This document shows, one piece after another, positions 19,325 through 29,568 of a stretch of DNA of 64,000 nucleotides; within the stretch, counting starts at the first letter, position 1; each line of letters opens with the position of its first letter. Source of the DNA: Opitutales bacterium. GTDB taxonomy: Bacteria > Verrucomicrobiota > Verrucomicrobiia > Opitutales > PNEW01. Both the position numbers and the translations under genes were made by a program. The notes below the pieces were generated by a model, which did not search any database, was not told where the DNA came from, and worked only from the letters and a program-made list of their open reading frames with translations. The stretch spans positions 1,888,001 to 1,952,000 of the forward strand of contig CBDANS010000007.1 of the NCBI GenBank assembly GCA_965197745.1, read 5' to 3'.

Positions 19325-19412
19325 TCATTTATGTCAAACGTGTTCAATGACATTTAAAATATTAATATTTATTAACTTATAACAGTATTTAAGATGGAGG
19401 ATTAGTCGTAGA

Positions 19413-19437
19413 GGTTCGAGTCCCCTCCTGAGCACCA
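19413..19437 (+). repeat. attR core (duplicated tRNA-Leu 3' end)
   Basis: Identical to 12394-12418. Confidence 0.92.
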
Positions 19438-19503
19438 TAATTATTGATATGTCAATATCGGCCCCATCAGCCGGATATTCGATCCCGCCATGTTTTTCTC
19501 TCA

Positions 19504-20559
19504 TTAACTGTGTGTTCGAGACAGTACACGATTAATTTTTTTCGCTAAAAAAGGCCCTTTATAAATTAAGCCAGTGTATAATTGAATTAAGGATGCACCT
19601 GCATCTATCGTTTCTTGTGCCGAGAGAATATCATCTATCCCCCCTACCCCTATAATTGGCAGTCTCCCCTTTGTTTCGTGATTCACAAATTTAATTATTT
19701 CCAGTTTTTTCTCATGGACCGGTTTTCCGCTAAGCCCCCCTGCTTCCGTCACATCTTTAAAATTCCCGGAACGCTCGAGAGTAGTATTGGTCGCTATGAT
19801 CCCATCGATTTCGAATTCATTCGTAATTTGCAGGAGCGCATCGATCTGGCTGAAAGATAAATCAGGAGCAATTTTTAAGAGCATGGGTATACAATGCTGC
19901 CCGGTTTTCTGCGAGCGACTCAAATTGGCTTCACGTAATATTTTCAGGAGAGCTGATAGTGATTTTGTTTCCTGTAACTTGCGCAGGTCGGGAGTATTAG
20001 GACTACTGACATTGATCGTGAAGTAATCGGCGTAATCCGCGAGCAGATTAAAGGAGTTAAGGTAATCCGCCGGAGCATCTTCAAGCGGTGTCGCTAAAGA
20101 TTTTCCGATATTAATCCCCAGGGGTATTGCTTTTTTATGATGCGCACCTGCTGATCGCAATCGACGGGCAATCCTTTCAGCCCCATCATTGTTGAAACCT
20201 AGACGGTTAATGATCGCTTCCTCTTCAGGATAACGGAAAACACGCGGTCGAGGATTTCCAGGTTGTCTCTGATACGTAATGGTTCCGACTTCAACATGTC
20301 CAAATCCGAACGCACCCATAACCCGCCATATTTGAGCATTTTTATCCATACCTGCGGCTAAACCAATCAAATTAGGAAATTTTACTCCAAACAGATCGAT
20401 ATCCTCGTTCCCTGAGCTCCGATTGTATCGTTCCATCAAATGGCAGAGAAATGGGGCAAAGCTAAGCAATTTGAGCATGGAAATACTAAATTCATGGGCC
20501 TTTTCCGGTTCCCGGAGAAAGAGTATGGGCCGGATCAGTTTCTCATAAAATAACCCCAT
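19504..20559 (-). CDS. pyrD: Quinone-dependent dihydroorotate dehydrogenase
   Basis: 'GLAAGMDKN', 'INRLGFNNDG', 'NVSSPNTP', 'KIAPD', 'GGLSG'. Confidence 0.95.
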   Translation of the reverse strand: MGLFYEKLIRPILFLREPEKAHEFSISMLKLLSFAPFLCHLMERYNRSSGNEDIDLFGVKFPNLIGLAAGMDKNAQIWRVMGAFGFGHVEVGTITYQRQPGNPRPRVFRYPEEEAIINRLGFNNDGAERIARRLRSAGAHHKKAIPLGINIGKSLATPLEDAPADYLNSFNLLADYADYFTINVSSPNTPDLRKLQETKSLSALLKILREANLSRSQKTGQHCIPMLLKIAPDLSFSQIDALLQITNEFEIDGIIATNTTLERSGNFKDVTEAGGLSGKPVHEKKLEIIKFVNHETKGRLPIIGVGGIDDILSAQETIDAGASLIQLYTGLIYKGPFLAKKINRVLSRTHS

Positions 20560-20747
20560 TATTTAAAATTTGCGTTATCCATTCAAATAGCGCAAGCAGG
20601 GAGTATAAAACAACACAAAAAACCTTTTAAACGGGTATTGATTTTTTCAAATTTAATTCTTTATAAAAGAACCTAAATACCCCATGGGTTATTCAATAAA
20701 AGAAAATGTGGCCGATGAACGATAAGAGGAATTTTACTAAGTAGCCA

Positions 20748-21482
20748 ATGGCTAAATCGACTTCTCAACTTGAATGGTGCATCATCCGCCTGGGTGAAGA
20801 TATGAACTGGTGGGTTGATGAAATCAGCAATGCGATCCATTGGGATACCGACGGGCTATCCATAATAGACCCGAATCAGATCAACCACATCATTGATTTG
20901 TGCGAACCCTTACGCGCTTACGGATTCGATCCTGAAATTATTAATTCTACTTTTTTCAAGTTTAAAATTGAAAAGGAACTCAAGGATAAGCGGGTGCGTT
21001 TAATCCGTGTAAGGGAATCCCTTATCGAAACAGAAGAGCGAATCTTTGCCTTACCGGAAATAATGGATGAAGAAAAAGGTCCCTATGCAGATTTGCTCGA
21101 TCAGATAACAACGCTTCGCGTCAAGATGTTAAATGATCTCATCGAATTTGATGAAAGTCTAACTATTGACGAGCTGGAAGAAGAAATTCGCGAGCGTCAA
21201 ACCAGTGATTATTTTGAAGGCCGAGCCGTGCACTTTTTTAATGAAATTACCGCTATTCTCGAATATGTGCCCGAAGGATTTGAGCTGGACCATGATGAGG
21301 AACCGGTATCAAGCAAAGCTGAAGAAATCGAGGATTTTCCCGATATTGAAGCCGTTGAAGAGAAAATAGAAGAAGACGAAACAATGAAGTGGGACGAAGA
21401 ACCGGCAGAAGGAGAAGAGGCTTTAGTTGAGGAGGAAGATGTCAAAGTTAAACCACGCCGCGGCCGTCCTCGGAAAAAATAA
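20748..21482 (+). CDS. Conserved hypothetical acidic protein with C-terminal AT-hook-like motif
   Basis: 244 aa with an E/D-rich tail ending KPRRGRPRKK. Confidence 0.75.
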   Translation: MAKSTSQLEWCIIRLGEDMNWWVDEISNAIHWDTDGLSIIDPNQINHIIDLCEPLRAYGFDPEIINSTFFKFKIEKELKDKRVRLIRVRESLIETEERIFALPEIMDEEKGPYADLLDQITTLRVKMLNDLIEFDESLTIDELEEEIRERQTSDYFEGRAVHFFNEITAILEYVPEGFELDHDEEPVSSKAEEIEDFPDIEAVEEKIEEDETMKWDEEPAEGEEALVEEEDVKVKPRRGRPRKK

Positions 21483-21525
21483 TTTCGCTCGACGCCCTGC
21501 CCATATTTTTATTAACACGCTCCCT

Positions 21526-22116
21526 ATGAAAATCTTTATCGTTCTATTTAATCCCAGGGTTTTATTAGGGTTGATTACAGGTATAGTTTTGTGTGGTTGT
21601 AATGCCACAGTGGAGACAGCAACCACTATTCCACCGGCAAAAACTGCTAATCTGCGTCCTGGAGACAATCTCGTCATTAATCTTCAAAGCATCCCGGATC
21701 CTGTTCAAATCAATACTCAAATTGACGACCAGGGGTATATCAGCCTCCGCTATTTAGGGTTAATTGAAGCTTCAGGTTATCGAGAGTCTGAATTAGCTGA
21801 AGAAATACAAAATGCATATATTAAGGGTAAAATATATCCCTCTATTGATGTATCAATATCCGTAACCGAACGCTATGTTTACGTGGGGGGTGAAGTGGCG
21901 CGACCAGGGCGTGTAATCTGGTCACCCGATCTCTCTCTTACAAAAGCTATTCAAGCGGCTGGCGGATTTTCTATCTACGCAAGGAAAATCGGTGTTATTC
22001 TGAATCGTGAAGAGGGTTCTTATACCGTTGATGCCAAGAGTGCTGAGCGCAATCCAGTAAATGATCCCAGACTTTTCCCGGGTGATAGTATCAATGTGCC
22101 ACGTTCACCCCATTGA
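21526..22116 (+). CDS. Polysaccharide export (Wza-like, Poly_export + SLBB) lipoprotein
   Basis: Lipobox 'LCGC', 'LRPGD', 'VGGEVARPG', 'AAGGF', 'PGDSINVP'. Confidence 0.8.
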   Translation: MKIFIVLFNPRVLLGLITGIVLCGCNATVETATTIPPAKTANLRPGDNLVINLQSIPDPVQINTQIDDQGYISLRYLGLIEASGYRESELAEEIQNAYIKGKIYPSIDVSISVTERYVYVGGEVARPGRVIWSPDLSLTKAIQAAGGFSIYARKIGVILNREEGSYTVDAKSAERNPVNDPRLFPGDSINVPRSPH

Positions 22117-22135
22117 CGCACTTACCGGATCCCAT

Positions 22136-23155
22136 TTATACCCCTTCCTTCATAGTTCTCGCAATATCCGCGGCAAAATAGGTGAAAATCATATCGGCGC
22201 CCGCGCGTTTTATTGCTATTAAAGTCTCGTCGCGGACCTTAACAAGATCCAGCCATCCCTGACGGGCTGCTGCATAAATTTGGGCGTACTCACCTGAAAC
22301 CTGATATGCGGCAACCGGTAAATCAGTGCTATCGCGCAATTCACGAATAATATCGAGATAGGGACCTGCCGGCTTAACCATCAGGATATCAGCTCCCTCT
22401 CCTTCATCCAGCAAGGTTTCTATACGCGCCTCACGGCGATTGCCAGGATTTAACTGATAAGTTTGCTTTCCTAACAGATGAGTTCCCGCTGCCTGGGCGC
22501 TACCCACAGCGTCACGAAACGGTCCGTAGAATGATGAGGCAAATTTAGCAGAATAGGCAAGAATACCGGTAGCTGAAAAACCTGAATCATCGAGCGCATT
22601 GCGGATTACCGTCACACGGCTATCCATCATATCTGAGGGAGCAACAAAATCGACACCGGCATCCGCATTGAGCACTGCCATCTCACCAAGTATTTTTAAT
22701 GTTCGGTCGTTATCGACATCGGTTTTCTCAGAATTTAAAACCCCATCGTGACCGTGATTGGTATAAGGATCGAGAGCTATATCTGTGATTACGGTTATAC
22801 CCGGTACTTTTTCCTTGATCGCCTTAACGGCACGAAGGACAAGCGTATTTTTATTTAAGGCTTCAGAACCGGTATCATTTTTTAAGGAAGGGTCGAGGAC
22901 GGGAAAGATAGCCACTCCAGGTATTCCCAAATTAAAGAGCCCTTCACATTCCTTCACCATATCGGTAATACCAAGTCGTTGTTGATGGGGCATTGACTCA
23001 ATGGCCAGCGGTTTACCATCACCATCCATGACGAAGAGTGGCATAATCAAATCATTCACGACCAAACGCGTCTCTTCAACAAGTGCACGAATCGCCGGTG
23101 TTCTCCGCAAACGTCGAGGCCGACGCGTAAACTTATATCTTTCCTCTTTTCTCAT
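22136..23155 (-). CDS. hemB: Porphobilinogen synthase
   Basis: 'RPRRLR', 'DPYTNHGHDG', 'APSDMMD', 'FYGPFRDA', 'MVKPA', 'YQVSGEY'. Confidence 0.96.
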   Translation of the reverse strand: MRKEERYKFTRRPRRLRRTPAIRALVEETRLVVNDLIMPLFVMDGDGKPLAIESMPHQQRLGITDMVKECEGLFNLGIPGVAIFPVLDPSLKNDTGSEALNKNTLVLRAVKAIKEKVPGITVITDIALDPYTNHGHDGVLNSEKTDVDNDRTLKILGEMAVLNADAGVDFVAPSDMMDSRVTVIRNALDDSGFSATGILAYSAKFASSFYGPFRDAVGSAQAAGTHLLGKQTYQLNPGNRREARIETLLDEGEGADILMVKPAGPYLDIIRELRDSTDLPVAAYQVSGEYAQIYAAARQGWLDLVKVRDETLIAIKRAGADMIFTYFAADIARTMKEGV

Positions 23156-23272
23156 ATATCTATAAAAGTAATTGTATAAGAGCTGGAAGCCAGAATAAAT
23201 TGTTGAACTCAATCAACTTAACGTTTCAGTTTTACTGAAATTTTATCCCATAGCTTTATCGAATCAACCAAT

Positions 23273-24709
23273 ATGACTATAAATCTCTACGATACCATGA
23301 GCAGAAGCGTTAGACCTCTCTCCCCGGAGGACGAAATGGTGTTTCGTTTTTACTGCTGCGGGCCCACTGTATATGGACCATCACATATTGGGAATTTTCG
23401 CACTTTTCTTCTCCAGGATGTTTTACGACGCACGCTTGAAGTTTCAGGTCTGAAAACTAAGCATGTGCGAAATATTACTGACGTAGAAGATAAGACTATA
23501 CGCCAGAGTCAGATTGAGGGGTTATCACTTAAGGACTTCACTAAAAGGTGGACGGTATTATTCCAAAAGGACTGTAAAGAACTTAATATTCTGGAACCTC
23601 ATGAGGAACCCCGCGCCAGTGAACACATTCCCCAGCAAATAGAACTCATCGTTAAACTCCTTGCCAAAGGGCACGCTTATCAGGCTAGTGATGGCTCGGT
23701 TTACTTTAAAATAAGCAGTTTCCCCGATTATGGAAAACTAACCCACCTCAAACAAATAGAACTGCAAACTCAAACCGAGACCAGCGGTAATACCCTGAAT
23801 CTGGCCGACGAGTATGAACGCGAATCGGTAGCCGATTTTTCTCTTTGGAAATCCCGTAAACCAGAAGATGGTGACAACTACTGGAACAGTCCCTGGGGTG
23901 AAGGACGACCGGGATGGCATATTGAATGCTCAGCAATGAGTATGGAAATTTTGGGGGAGACCTTTGACTTACATGCAGGGGGCACTGATATCTGCTTCCC
24001 CCACCATGAAAACGAAATTGCCCAAAGTGAAGCGGCAACCGGTAAAACACCTTTTTCAAAGCACTGGTTTCACAGCGCTCAATTGCAGGTCGAAGGTCAA
24101 AAAATGAGTAAAAGTTTAGGCAACCTTTACACCACAAGTGATATTAAAGAAAAAGGGTATACTTCCATGGCCCTTCGCTATCTTCTCATTTCCGGCCACT
24201 ATCGCCAGCCCTTTAATTTTACCTTTAATGGCATGGATGCAGCAGCAAGCGCGCTCCTTAAAATGGAGAAATCTATCCAGACGTTCATTAAGAAAATTGA
24301 CATGTCTCAATCTGAATTTTCACAAATCACGGAACAGCCTGAACAAAGGAGTCGAGGGTTATTTAGAAATGCCTGGGAAGCACTGACTGATGATCTCAAC
24401 ACCTCAGCATGCCTGGGAAACTTATTCAGCGCACTTAGACAGATCGACACAAAGATTATGACCACAAGTGAACTATCATCTGAGATGGTAGCATGCGCCT
24501 CCCTCATTTACGCCCTGGGCCTTCGACTTTTTACCGAAAAGCAACAAACTCTTGTCGCACCGGTTGAAATACAAAAACTTGCTGATGAACGCTGGGCTGC
24601 TAAAGCGCTAAAGGATTTTGCCAAGGCGGACGCGCTGCGGGAAAAAATTTATGCTGAAGGCTGGCAGGTCCTTGATCGTAAAGATGCTTACGATCTAATC
24701 CCGGTTTAA
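23273..24709 (+). CDS. cysS: Cysteine--tRNA ligase
   Basis: 'CGPTVY', HIGN, 'PGWHIECSAM', KMSKS. Confidence 0.97.
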   Translation: MTINLYDTMSRSVRPLSPEDEMVFRFYCCGPTVYGPSHIGNFRTFLLQDVLRRTLEVSGLKTKHVRNITDVEDKTIRQSQIEGLSLKDFTKRWTVLFQKDCKELNILEPHEEPRASEHIPQQIELIVKLLAKGHAYQASDGSVYFKISSFPDYGKLTHLKQIELQTQTETSGNTLNLADEYERESVADFSLWKSRKPEDGDNYWNSPWGEGRPGWHIECSAMSMEILGETFDLHAGGTDICFPHHENEIAQSEAATGKTPFSKHWFHSAQLQVEGQKMSKSLGNLYTTSDIKEKGYTSMALRYLLISGHYRQPFNFTFNGMDAAASALLKMEKSIQTFIKKIDMSQSEFSQITEQPEQRSRGLFRNAWEALTDDLNTSACLGNLFSALRQIDTKIMTTSELSSEMVACASLIYALGLRLFTEKQQTLVAPVEIQKLADERWAAKALKDFAKADALREKIYAEGWQVLDRKDAYDLIPV

Positions 24710-24832
24710 GCACCAGTTTTTATAATCATGGACTTATACCTTTTGGTATAATCTTAAAAAGAAATATATTCATGTCCTGCATTGATTCTAGTGTTGACAT
24801 TCAATAATGCTGCTAAATGTTAAGCATCAGAA

Positions 24833-24910
24833 ATGAATATCCTCGTCCAGATCGCTATCTCTACAACGACCCGAACTTTCAGGTTGGAGACTTGGTTTCG
24901 CGAGGATTAA
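24833..24910 (+). CDS. Putative thrS leader peptide MNILVQIAISTTTRTFRLETWFRED
   Basis: 25 codons with the cluster ACA ACG ACC CGA ACT, lying between a TTGACA (24794) and a terminator upstream of thrS. Confidence 0.75.
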   Translation: MNILVQIAISTTTRTFRLETWFRED

Positions 24911-24949
24911 AACTACAACTTACTTTTCAATCGCCCAACCAAGTCCGAG

Positions 24950-24972
24950 AGCCCCAAGCCTTGGGCTTTTTT
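24950..24972 (+). terminator. Attenuator terminator upstream of thrS
   Basis: AGCCC(C)AA-GCC-TTGGGCT followed by a T run, 21 nt before the thrS ATG. Confidence 0.75.
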
Positions 24973-24993
24973 ATTGATTAAACAGCAAATATT

Positions 24994-26820
24994 ATGAAGT
25001 CGATGACCCCCCTAGAGGAAATGCGACATTCCGCGGCACATATTTTGGCCGCCGCCGTAAAACGTATTTGGACCGACACCAAGTTTGATATTGGGCCACC
25101 CACGAATAGCGGATTCTATTATGATATGGATCTGGTTCATAATTTTACCGCTGAAGATCTGGAAAAGATTGAAGCTGAAATGAAGAAAATTATTAAAGAG
25201 AATCAGCCATTTGTCCGCAAGGAAGTAACACGCGAAGAAGCCCTAAAGTTTTTTCAGGATCAAGATCAACCTTATAAAATTGAACGCCTTGATGACATAG
25301 AAGAGAATGAACCGATAACTTTTTATGAGAATGGCGAATTTATCGATCTCTGTGCGGGAACGCATGTTCGCTATACCAAGCAAGTTAAAGCCTTCAAGTT
25401 ACTTTCTATTGCCGGAGCCTATTATCGGGGTGACGAAAATAATAAACAACTGCAGCGAATATATGGCACTGCCTACCCCACGAAAAAAGAACTTGATCAT
25501 TACCTGGCACAATTAGAGGAAGCCAAGAAACGCGATCACCGCAAGTTAGGAAAAGATATGAATCTTTTTCATATCGATGATAGTGTCGGTCAGGGTTTAA
25601 TCCTCTGGCAACCCAATGGGTCAATCATCAGGCAGGAGCTTCAGACATTTATCAGTGAAGAGCTTATAAAGCAAGGTTACCATCAGGTATTCACACCTCA
25701 TATAGGTAAACTTGGACTCTATCGCACTTCAGGGCATTTCCCTTACTATCAAGAAAGCCAGTATCCACCGATAATCGAAAATGAGGTAATTCAGATGATG
25801 GCTGAGGAAAACTGTTCCTGTGCGCAACTTGCTAATCGCTTAAAAGAAGGGGAAGTCGAAGGTTATCTCCTCAAACCTATGAATTGCCCCATGCATATAA
25901 AAATTTATAATGCGCAACCCCATTCTTACCGCGATTTACCCGTAAGGCTCGCTGAATTCGGCACTGTTTATCGCTGGGAACAATCAGGAGAACTGAATGG
26001 TATGGTCCGTGTCCGTGGTTTGACCCAAGACGATGGCCACATATTCTGTACCGACGATCAACTTGCCGATGAGATCAAAGCTAGTCTTGATGTCGTTAAG
26101 ATTATCCTGCAGACACTCGGAATCTTAGATTATCGTGTTCGTATCGGTTTGCGTGATCCTGATTCTTCAAAATATGCTGGCGATTCAGCGCTTTGGGACA
26201 AAGCAGAAGAGAACCTGCGCCATGCAGCCCAAACTTTAGATGTCGATTTTGAAGAAGAACGAGGAGAAGCGGCTTTTTACGGACCTAAAATTGATTTTGT
26301 GATCAAAGATGTGATTGAACGCGAATGGCAATTGGGAACAGTCCAGGTCGATTATAACCTCCCTGAGCGCTTTGATCTTAATTATATTGGTTCCGATAAT
26401 AAACCACACCGACCGGTGATGGTTCATCGCGCTCCATTTGGGTCAATGGAAAGATTTGTCGGGCTGCTGATTGAACATTTTGGAGGAAATTTTCCCACCT
26501 GGCTAGCTCCTGAACAAGTACGCATACTCCCGATCAATGACAATCTAAATAGCTACGCCGATAAAATATGCAATCTCTTAAAAGATGAAAAAGTACGAGC
26601 TACAGTCGATACTATTTCTGACAAACTGGGTGCTAAAATCCGACGATCAGAGATTGACAAGGTTCCTTATACCCTGGTTGTCGGTGCTAAAGAAGAGGAA
26701 TCAAACACGGTAACCGTCCGATCGCGAGTAAATAAAAAAAGGGAGGGCACAGTTAATCTGCAAGAATTCAATAACAGCTTAAAAGACGAAATTAGTAATA
26801 AATTATTACCGGATAAGTAA
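24994..26820 (+). CDS. thrS: Threonine--tRNA ligase
   Basis: 'RHSAAH', 'DLCAGTH', 'RDHRKLG', 'KPMNCP', 'AFYGPKID'. Confidence 0.97.
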   Translation: MKSMTPLEEMRHSAAHILAAAVKRIWTDTKFDIGPPTNSGFYYDMDLVHNFTAEDLEKIEAEMKKIIKENQPFVRKEVTREEALKFFQDQDQPYKIERLDDIEENEPITFYENGEFIDLCAGTHVRYTKQVKAFKLLSIAGAYYRGDENNKQLQRIYGTAYPTKKELDHYLAQLEEAKKRDHRKLGKDMNLFHIDDSVGQGLILWQPNGSIIRQELQTFISEELIKQGYHQVFTPHIGKLGLYRTSGHFPYYQESQYPPIIENEVIQMMAEENCSCAQLANRLKEGEVEGYLLKPMNCPMHIKIYNAQPHSYRDLPVRLAEFGTVYRWEQSGELNGMVRVRGLTQDDGHIFCTDDQLADEIKASLDVVKIILQTLGILDYRVRIGLRDPDSSKYAGDSALWDKAEENLRHAAQTLDVDFEEERGEAAFYGPKIDFVIKDVIEREWQLGTVQVDYNLPERFDLNYIGSDNKPHRPVMVHRAPFGSMERFVGLLIEHFGGNFPTWLAPEQVRILPINDNLNSYADKICNLLKDEKVRATVDTISDKLGAKIRRSEIDKVPYTLVVGAKEEESNTVTVRSRVNKKREGTVNLQEFNNSLKDEISNKLLPDK

Positions 26821-26883
26821 TTTATTGAAATCTGAAAATAATTTCTGCATTTCTGCTTGGGAAATAAATTTAAACTGTTTTAT

Positions 26884-27465
26884 TTATTGGGATTTAGCGA
26901 TAACGACAATACCGGGACCATTATTAAAAGATTTTGGGTAATCTAAATAGATATTCTTTTGCTGGCCATCTGCTTTATTTTTTACCCAGGCCTTAACGGC
27001 TATTGCTTCAGCTAATCCTCCCCGGTGAGCTGTATAGTAAACGACACTGATTATCCCTTTGATGGCGATCAGTTGCCAGGCCAGTTCAAGGGCTTTGATC
27101 GTTGATTCTGGATTTGTAACGATCGATTTATTACTGCCGGGCAAGTAACCGAGGTTAAAAAATACTCCTTTTATCTTTTGGTGGTATTTACGCGGCAAAA
27201 GAGTGTGCATCTTTTCGTGTCCTGCATGGAAAAGAGTTAGACGATCGAGCATTCCGGCGTGTTGCATCAGACTGCGCGTACTGACGATAGCCTGTTTCTG
27301 AAGATCAAACCCGAAAACATGACCTTCAGCACCAACAGATTCTGCCAGGAAGCATGTGTCGTAGCCATTTCCGATTGTGGCATCAATGACAATATCGCCT
27401 GTCCCTATAAATTCCAGTGCCTTTTCATGGGATAGTTCGACTATATTCTCAAATCCGCTCATCAT
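26884..27465 (-). CDS. Class I SAM-dependent methyltransferase (YtqB/MnmM-like)
   Basis: 'IDATIGNGYDT', 'FDLQ', 'GHE', 'FNLGYLPG'. Confidence 0.8.
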   Translation of the reverse strand: MMSGFENIVELSHEKALEFIGTGDIVIDATIGNGYDTCFLAESVGAEGHVFGFDLQKQAIVSTRSLMQHAGMLDRLTLFHAGHEKMHTLLPRKYHQKIKGVFFNLGYLPGSNKSIVTNPESTIKALELAWQLIAIKGIISVVYYTAHRGGLAEAIAVKAWVKNKADGQQKNIYLDYPKSFNNGPGIVVIAKSQ

Positions 27466-27527
27466 CGAAATGTCTCAGAACCAATGCAATGGTCTCTTCA
27501 TCGAGGGCCGAGCGGTTGACACTTTAT

Positions 27528-28376
27528 TTAAGGCAAATCAGTCTTGAGTGCTTCATCATCAAAAACCATTTCACCAACACGTGTAGCGGACCCGGTCATA
27601 GTAATGGCATAGTCATCACTGATGTAAATCGAGATATCACCCCCAGGCATATGCACCACAACCTCCGGGTTAATTTTATCCAGCTTACGAGCTACCGCAG
27701 CAGCGGCACTGCTGCTGCTTCCTGAAGCCAGAGTATACCCCGCTCCACGCTCCCATATTTCTATTTGTATATTACTGCGATCTAATATTTTGAGCAGTTG
27801 AACATTTGTGCGGTTGGGAAACATGGCGTGCGTCTCTAAGAGTGGCCCCAAGCGTTTTGCCATTTCTTCGGAAATTTCCGGTAAAAGCAAAACACAGTGA
27901 GGATTTCCTATTGTCGCTGCGGAAAACTGGTAATTGTCTCCCCCTATTTCTATGTTTTCTTCTATTACCTCACGCGGTTGCCCGCTGACAGGAATTTCAT
28001 TGCTATGGAAGCTTACCTTTCCCATTGCAACCGTGATTGAATTTCCCCCTTCCCGGATTTCACAAGTAACTATCCCGCCCGGTGTCGCTACCGTAAATGG
28101 TTTGTCAGAAACCCTCCCACGATCCAGTAAATAACGTGAAAAGATTCGTAACCCATTTCCGCTCTTTTCCGCTTCACTGCCATCGGGATTAAAAATTCGT
28201 AATCCGAAATCGGCCCCCTCATTTTTTTCAGGCCCAAAGAGTATGCCATCTGATCCTAAGCCAAAATTTCGATGACATATGACTTTTATCTCCTCCCTCT
28301 TCGGTGGAGTCGGTGCATCTTCTGGATCCAGCACCAGGTAATCATTACCCAGTGCATGGTATTTGTAATATCTCAT
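27528..28376 (-). CDS. dapF: Diaminopimelate epimerase
   Basis: 'KYHALGNDY', 'NPDGSEAEKSGNG', 'GNPHCV', 'ERGAG'. Confidence 0.92.
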   Translation of the reverse strand: MRYYKYHALGNDYLVLDPEDAPTPPKREEIKVICHRNFGLGSDGILFGPEKNEGADFGLRIFNPDGSEAEKSGNGLRIFSRYLLDRGRVSDKPFTVATPGGIVTCEIREGGNSITVAMGKVSFHSNEIPVSGQPREVIEENIEIGGDNYQFSAATIGNPHCVLLLPEISEEMAKRLGPLLETHAMFPNRTNVQLLKILDRSNIQIEIWERGAGYTLASGSSSSAAAAVARKLDKINPEVVVHMPGGDISIYISDDYAITMTGSATRVGEMVFDDEALKTDLP

Positions 28377-28451
28377 CTAACCGTCACCCTATAATGCAGA
28401 TTTCCGCTATCGAGTGGTAGCGTATATGGGGATTCAATCCTACACGCCTTC

Positions 28452-28769
28452 TTAATTGAAGGACTTACCACAACCGCAAGTGGTCTTGGCATTGGGGTTA
28501 TGTACTTCGAATCCCTTGCCGTTGAGGCCATCGTCAAAATCTACACTGCAGTCATCGAGATGACTTATACTCTCAGTATCAACAATGAACTCGATGTTCT
28601 GACTTTTTTGCAGCACATCATCTTTCTTCCTCTCATCAAATGACATACCATACTCCAGCCCCGAACAACCACCGGCTTCTACAAAAAGGCGAAGATATTT
28701 ACTATCGTCCGCCAAATCTGTTTTCAATTGTCGGATGCGCGCAGCAGCTCTTTCAGTCAATTTAATCAT
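28452..28769 (-). CDS. HesB/IscA-family Fe-S cluster assembly protein
   Basis: 'GGCSG', 'NPNA', 'CGCGKSF'. Confidence 0.92.
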   Translation of the reverse strand: MIKLTERAAARIRQLKTDLADDSKYLRLFVEAGGCSGLEYGMSFDERKKDDVLQKSQNIEFIVDTESISHLDDCSVDFDDGLNGKGFEVHNPNAKTTCGCGKSFN

Positions 28770-29568
28770 ACAAGTATATATAGCTAATGACTATTAACTT
28801 TTTGTCAATGAATGAAGACACTTCCTGACCTCTACCATTCGTGAAGTTAAATTCAAAGTCTAATGAATACAAATTTTCATACTATAAATAACATTAGCCT
28901 CTTGCAAATATAAATAAATAACCTTTCATAGTCTATATCGTGACACGCATAAAACACCTTCTCAATGAGATTAATTATGAACTGGTACGTCGTTTGGCTG
29001 AAGGGGGAATGGGTGAGGTTTACGAGGCACGTCAAAACGGGATTGACCATTTTTCTAAGACCGTAGCCATTAAGTTAATTCGCGAAGAGTATTCCGCGAT
29101 AAAAGAGTTTCGTAGAAATTTTGTGGGTGAGGGCAAAACTGGTAGCAGATTTAATCCATACCAGTATCGTGCAAACCTACCATCTTGGGGAAATAGAGGG
29201 GCAGTATTTTATCGTAATGGAATATGTAAACGGCATCAATCTTGAAGAATTTCATTTTAAACATATGTCACTTCGCATTCCCATCCCTATCGATATAACC
29301 GTTTTTATTGTATCACGAGTATGCCGTGGCCTCGCCTATGCGCATACTAAATGCGATAAAGAGGGAAGACTTCTCAATATTGTCCATCGCGATGTCAACC
29401 CCAAGAACATCATGCTCGCCCATGAGGGGGATGTTAAGCTCACTGACTTCGGTATCGCGAAAGCCCTCGATCTCATGTATAACGTAGAAGGTGAAGTTAT
29501 TGCTGGAGTGACCCCCAAAAATGGTATCATTAACAGAGAGAGGTTATCGGGATAAACAGATAACCTCA

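Larger units (their letters stand above)
12419..19437. mobile_element. tRNA-Leu-integrated genomic island (~7.0 kb) with tyrosine integrase
   Basis: Bounded by a 25-bp direct repeat of the tRNA 3' end. Integrase lies next to attR, with an AT-rich backbone. Confidence 0.9.

Noticed and set aside
19408..19437. Second tRNA gene
   Set aside because: Only the T-arm and acceptor 3' half are present, so it is attR.
21427..21525. Longer N-terminus of the Wza-like ORF
   Set aside because: It overlaps the upstream gene, while ATG 21526 gives a proper lipoprotein signal.
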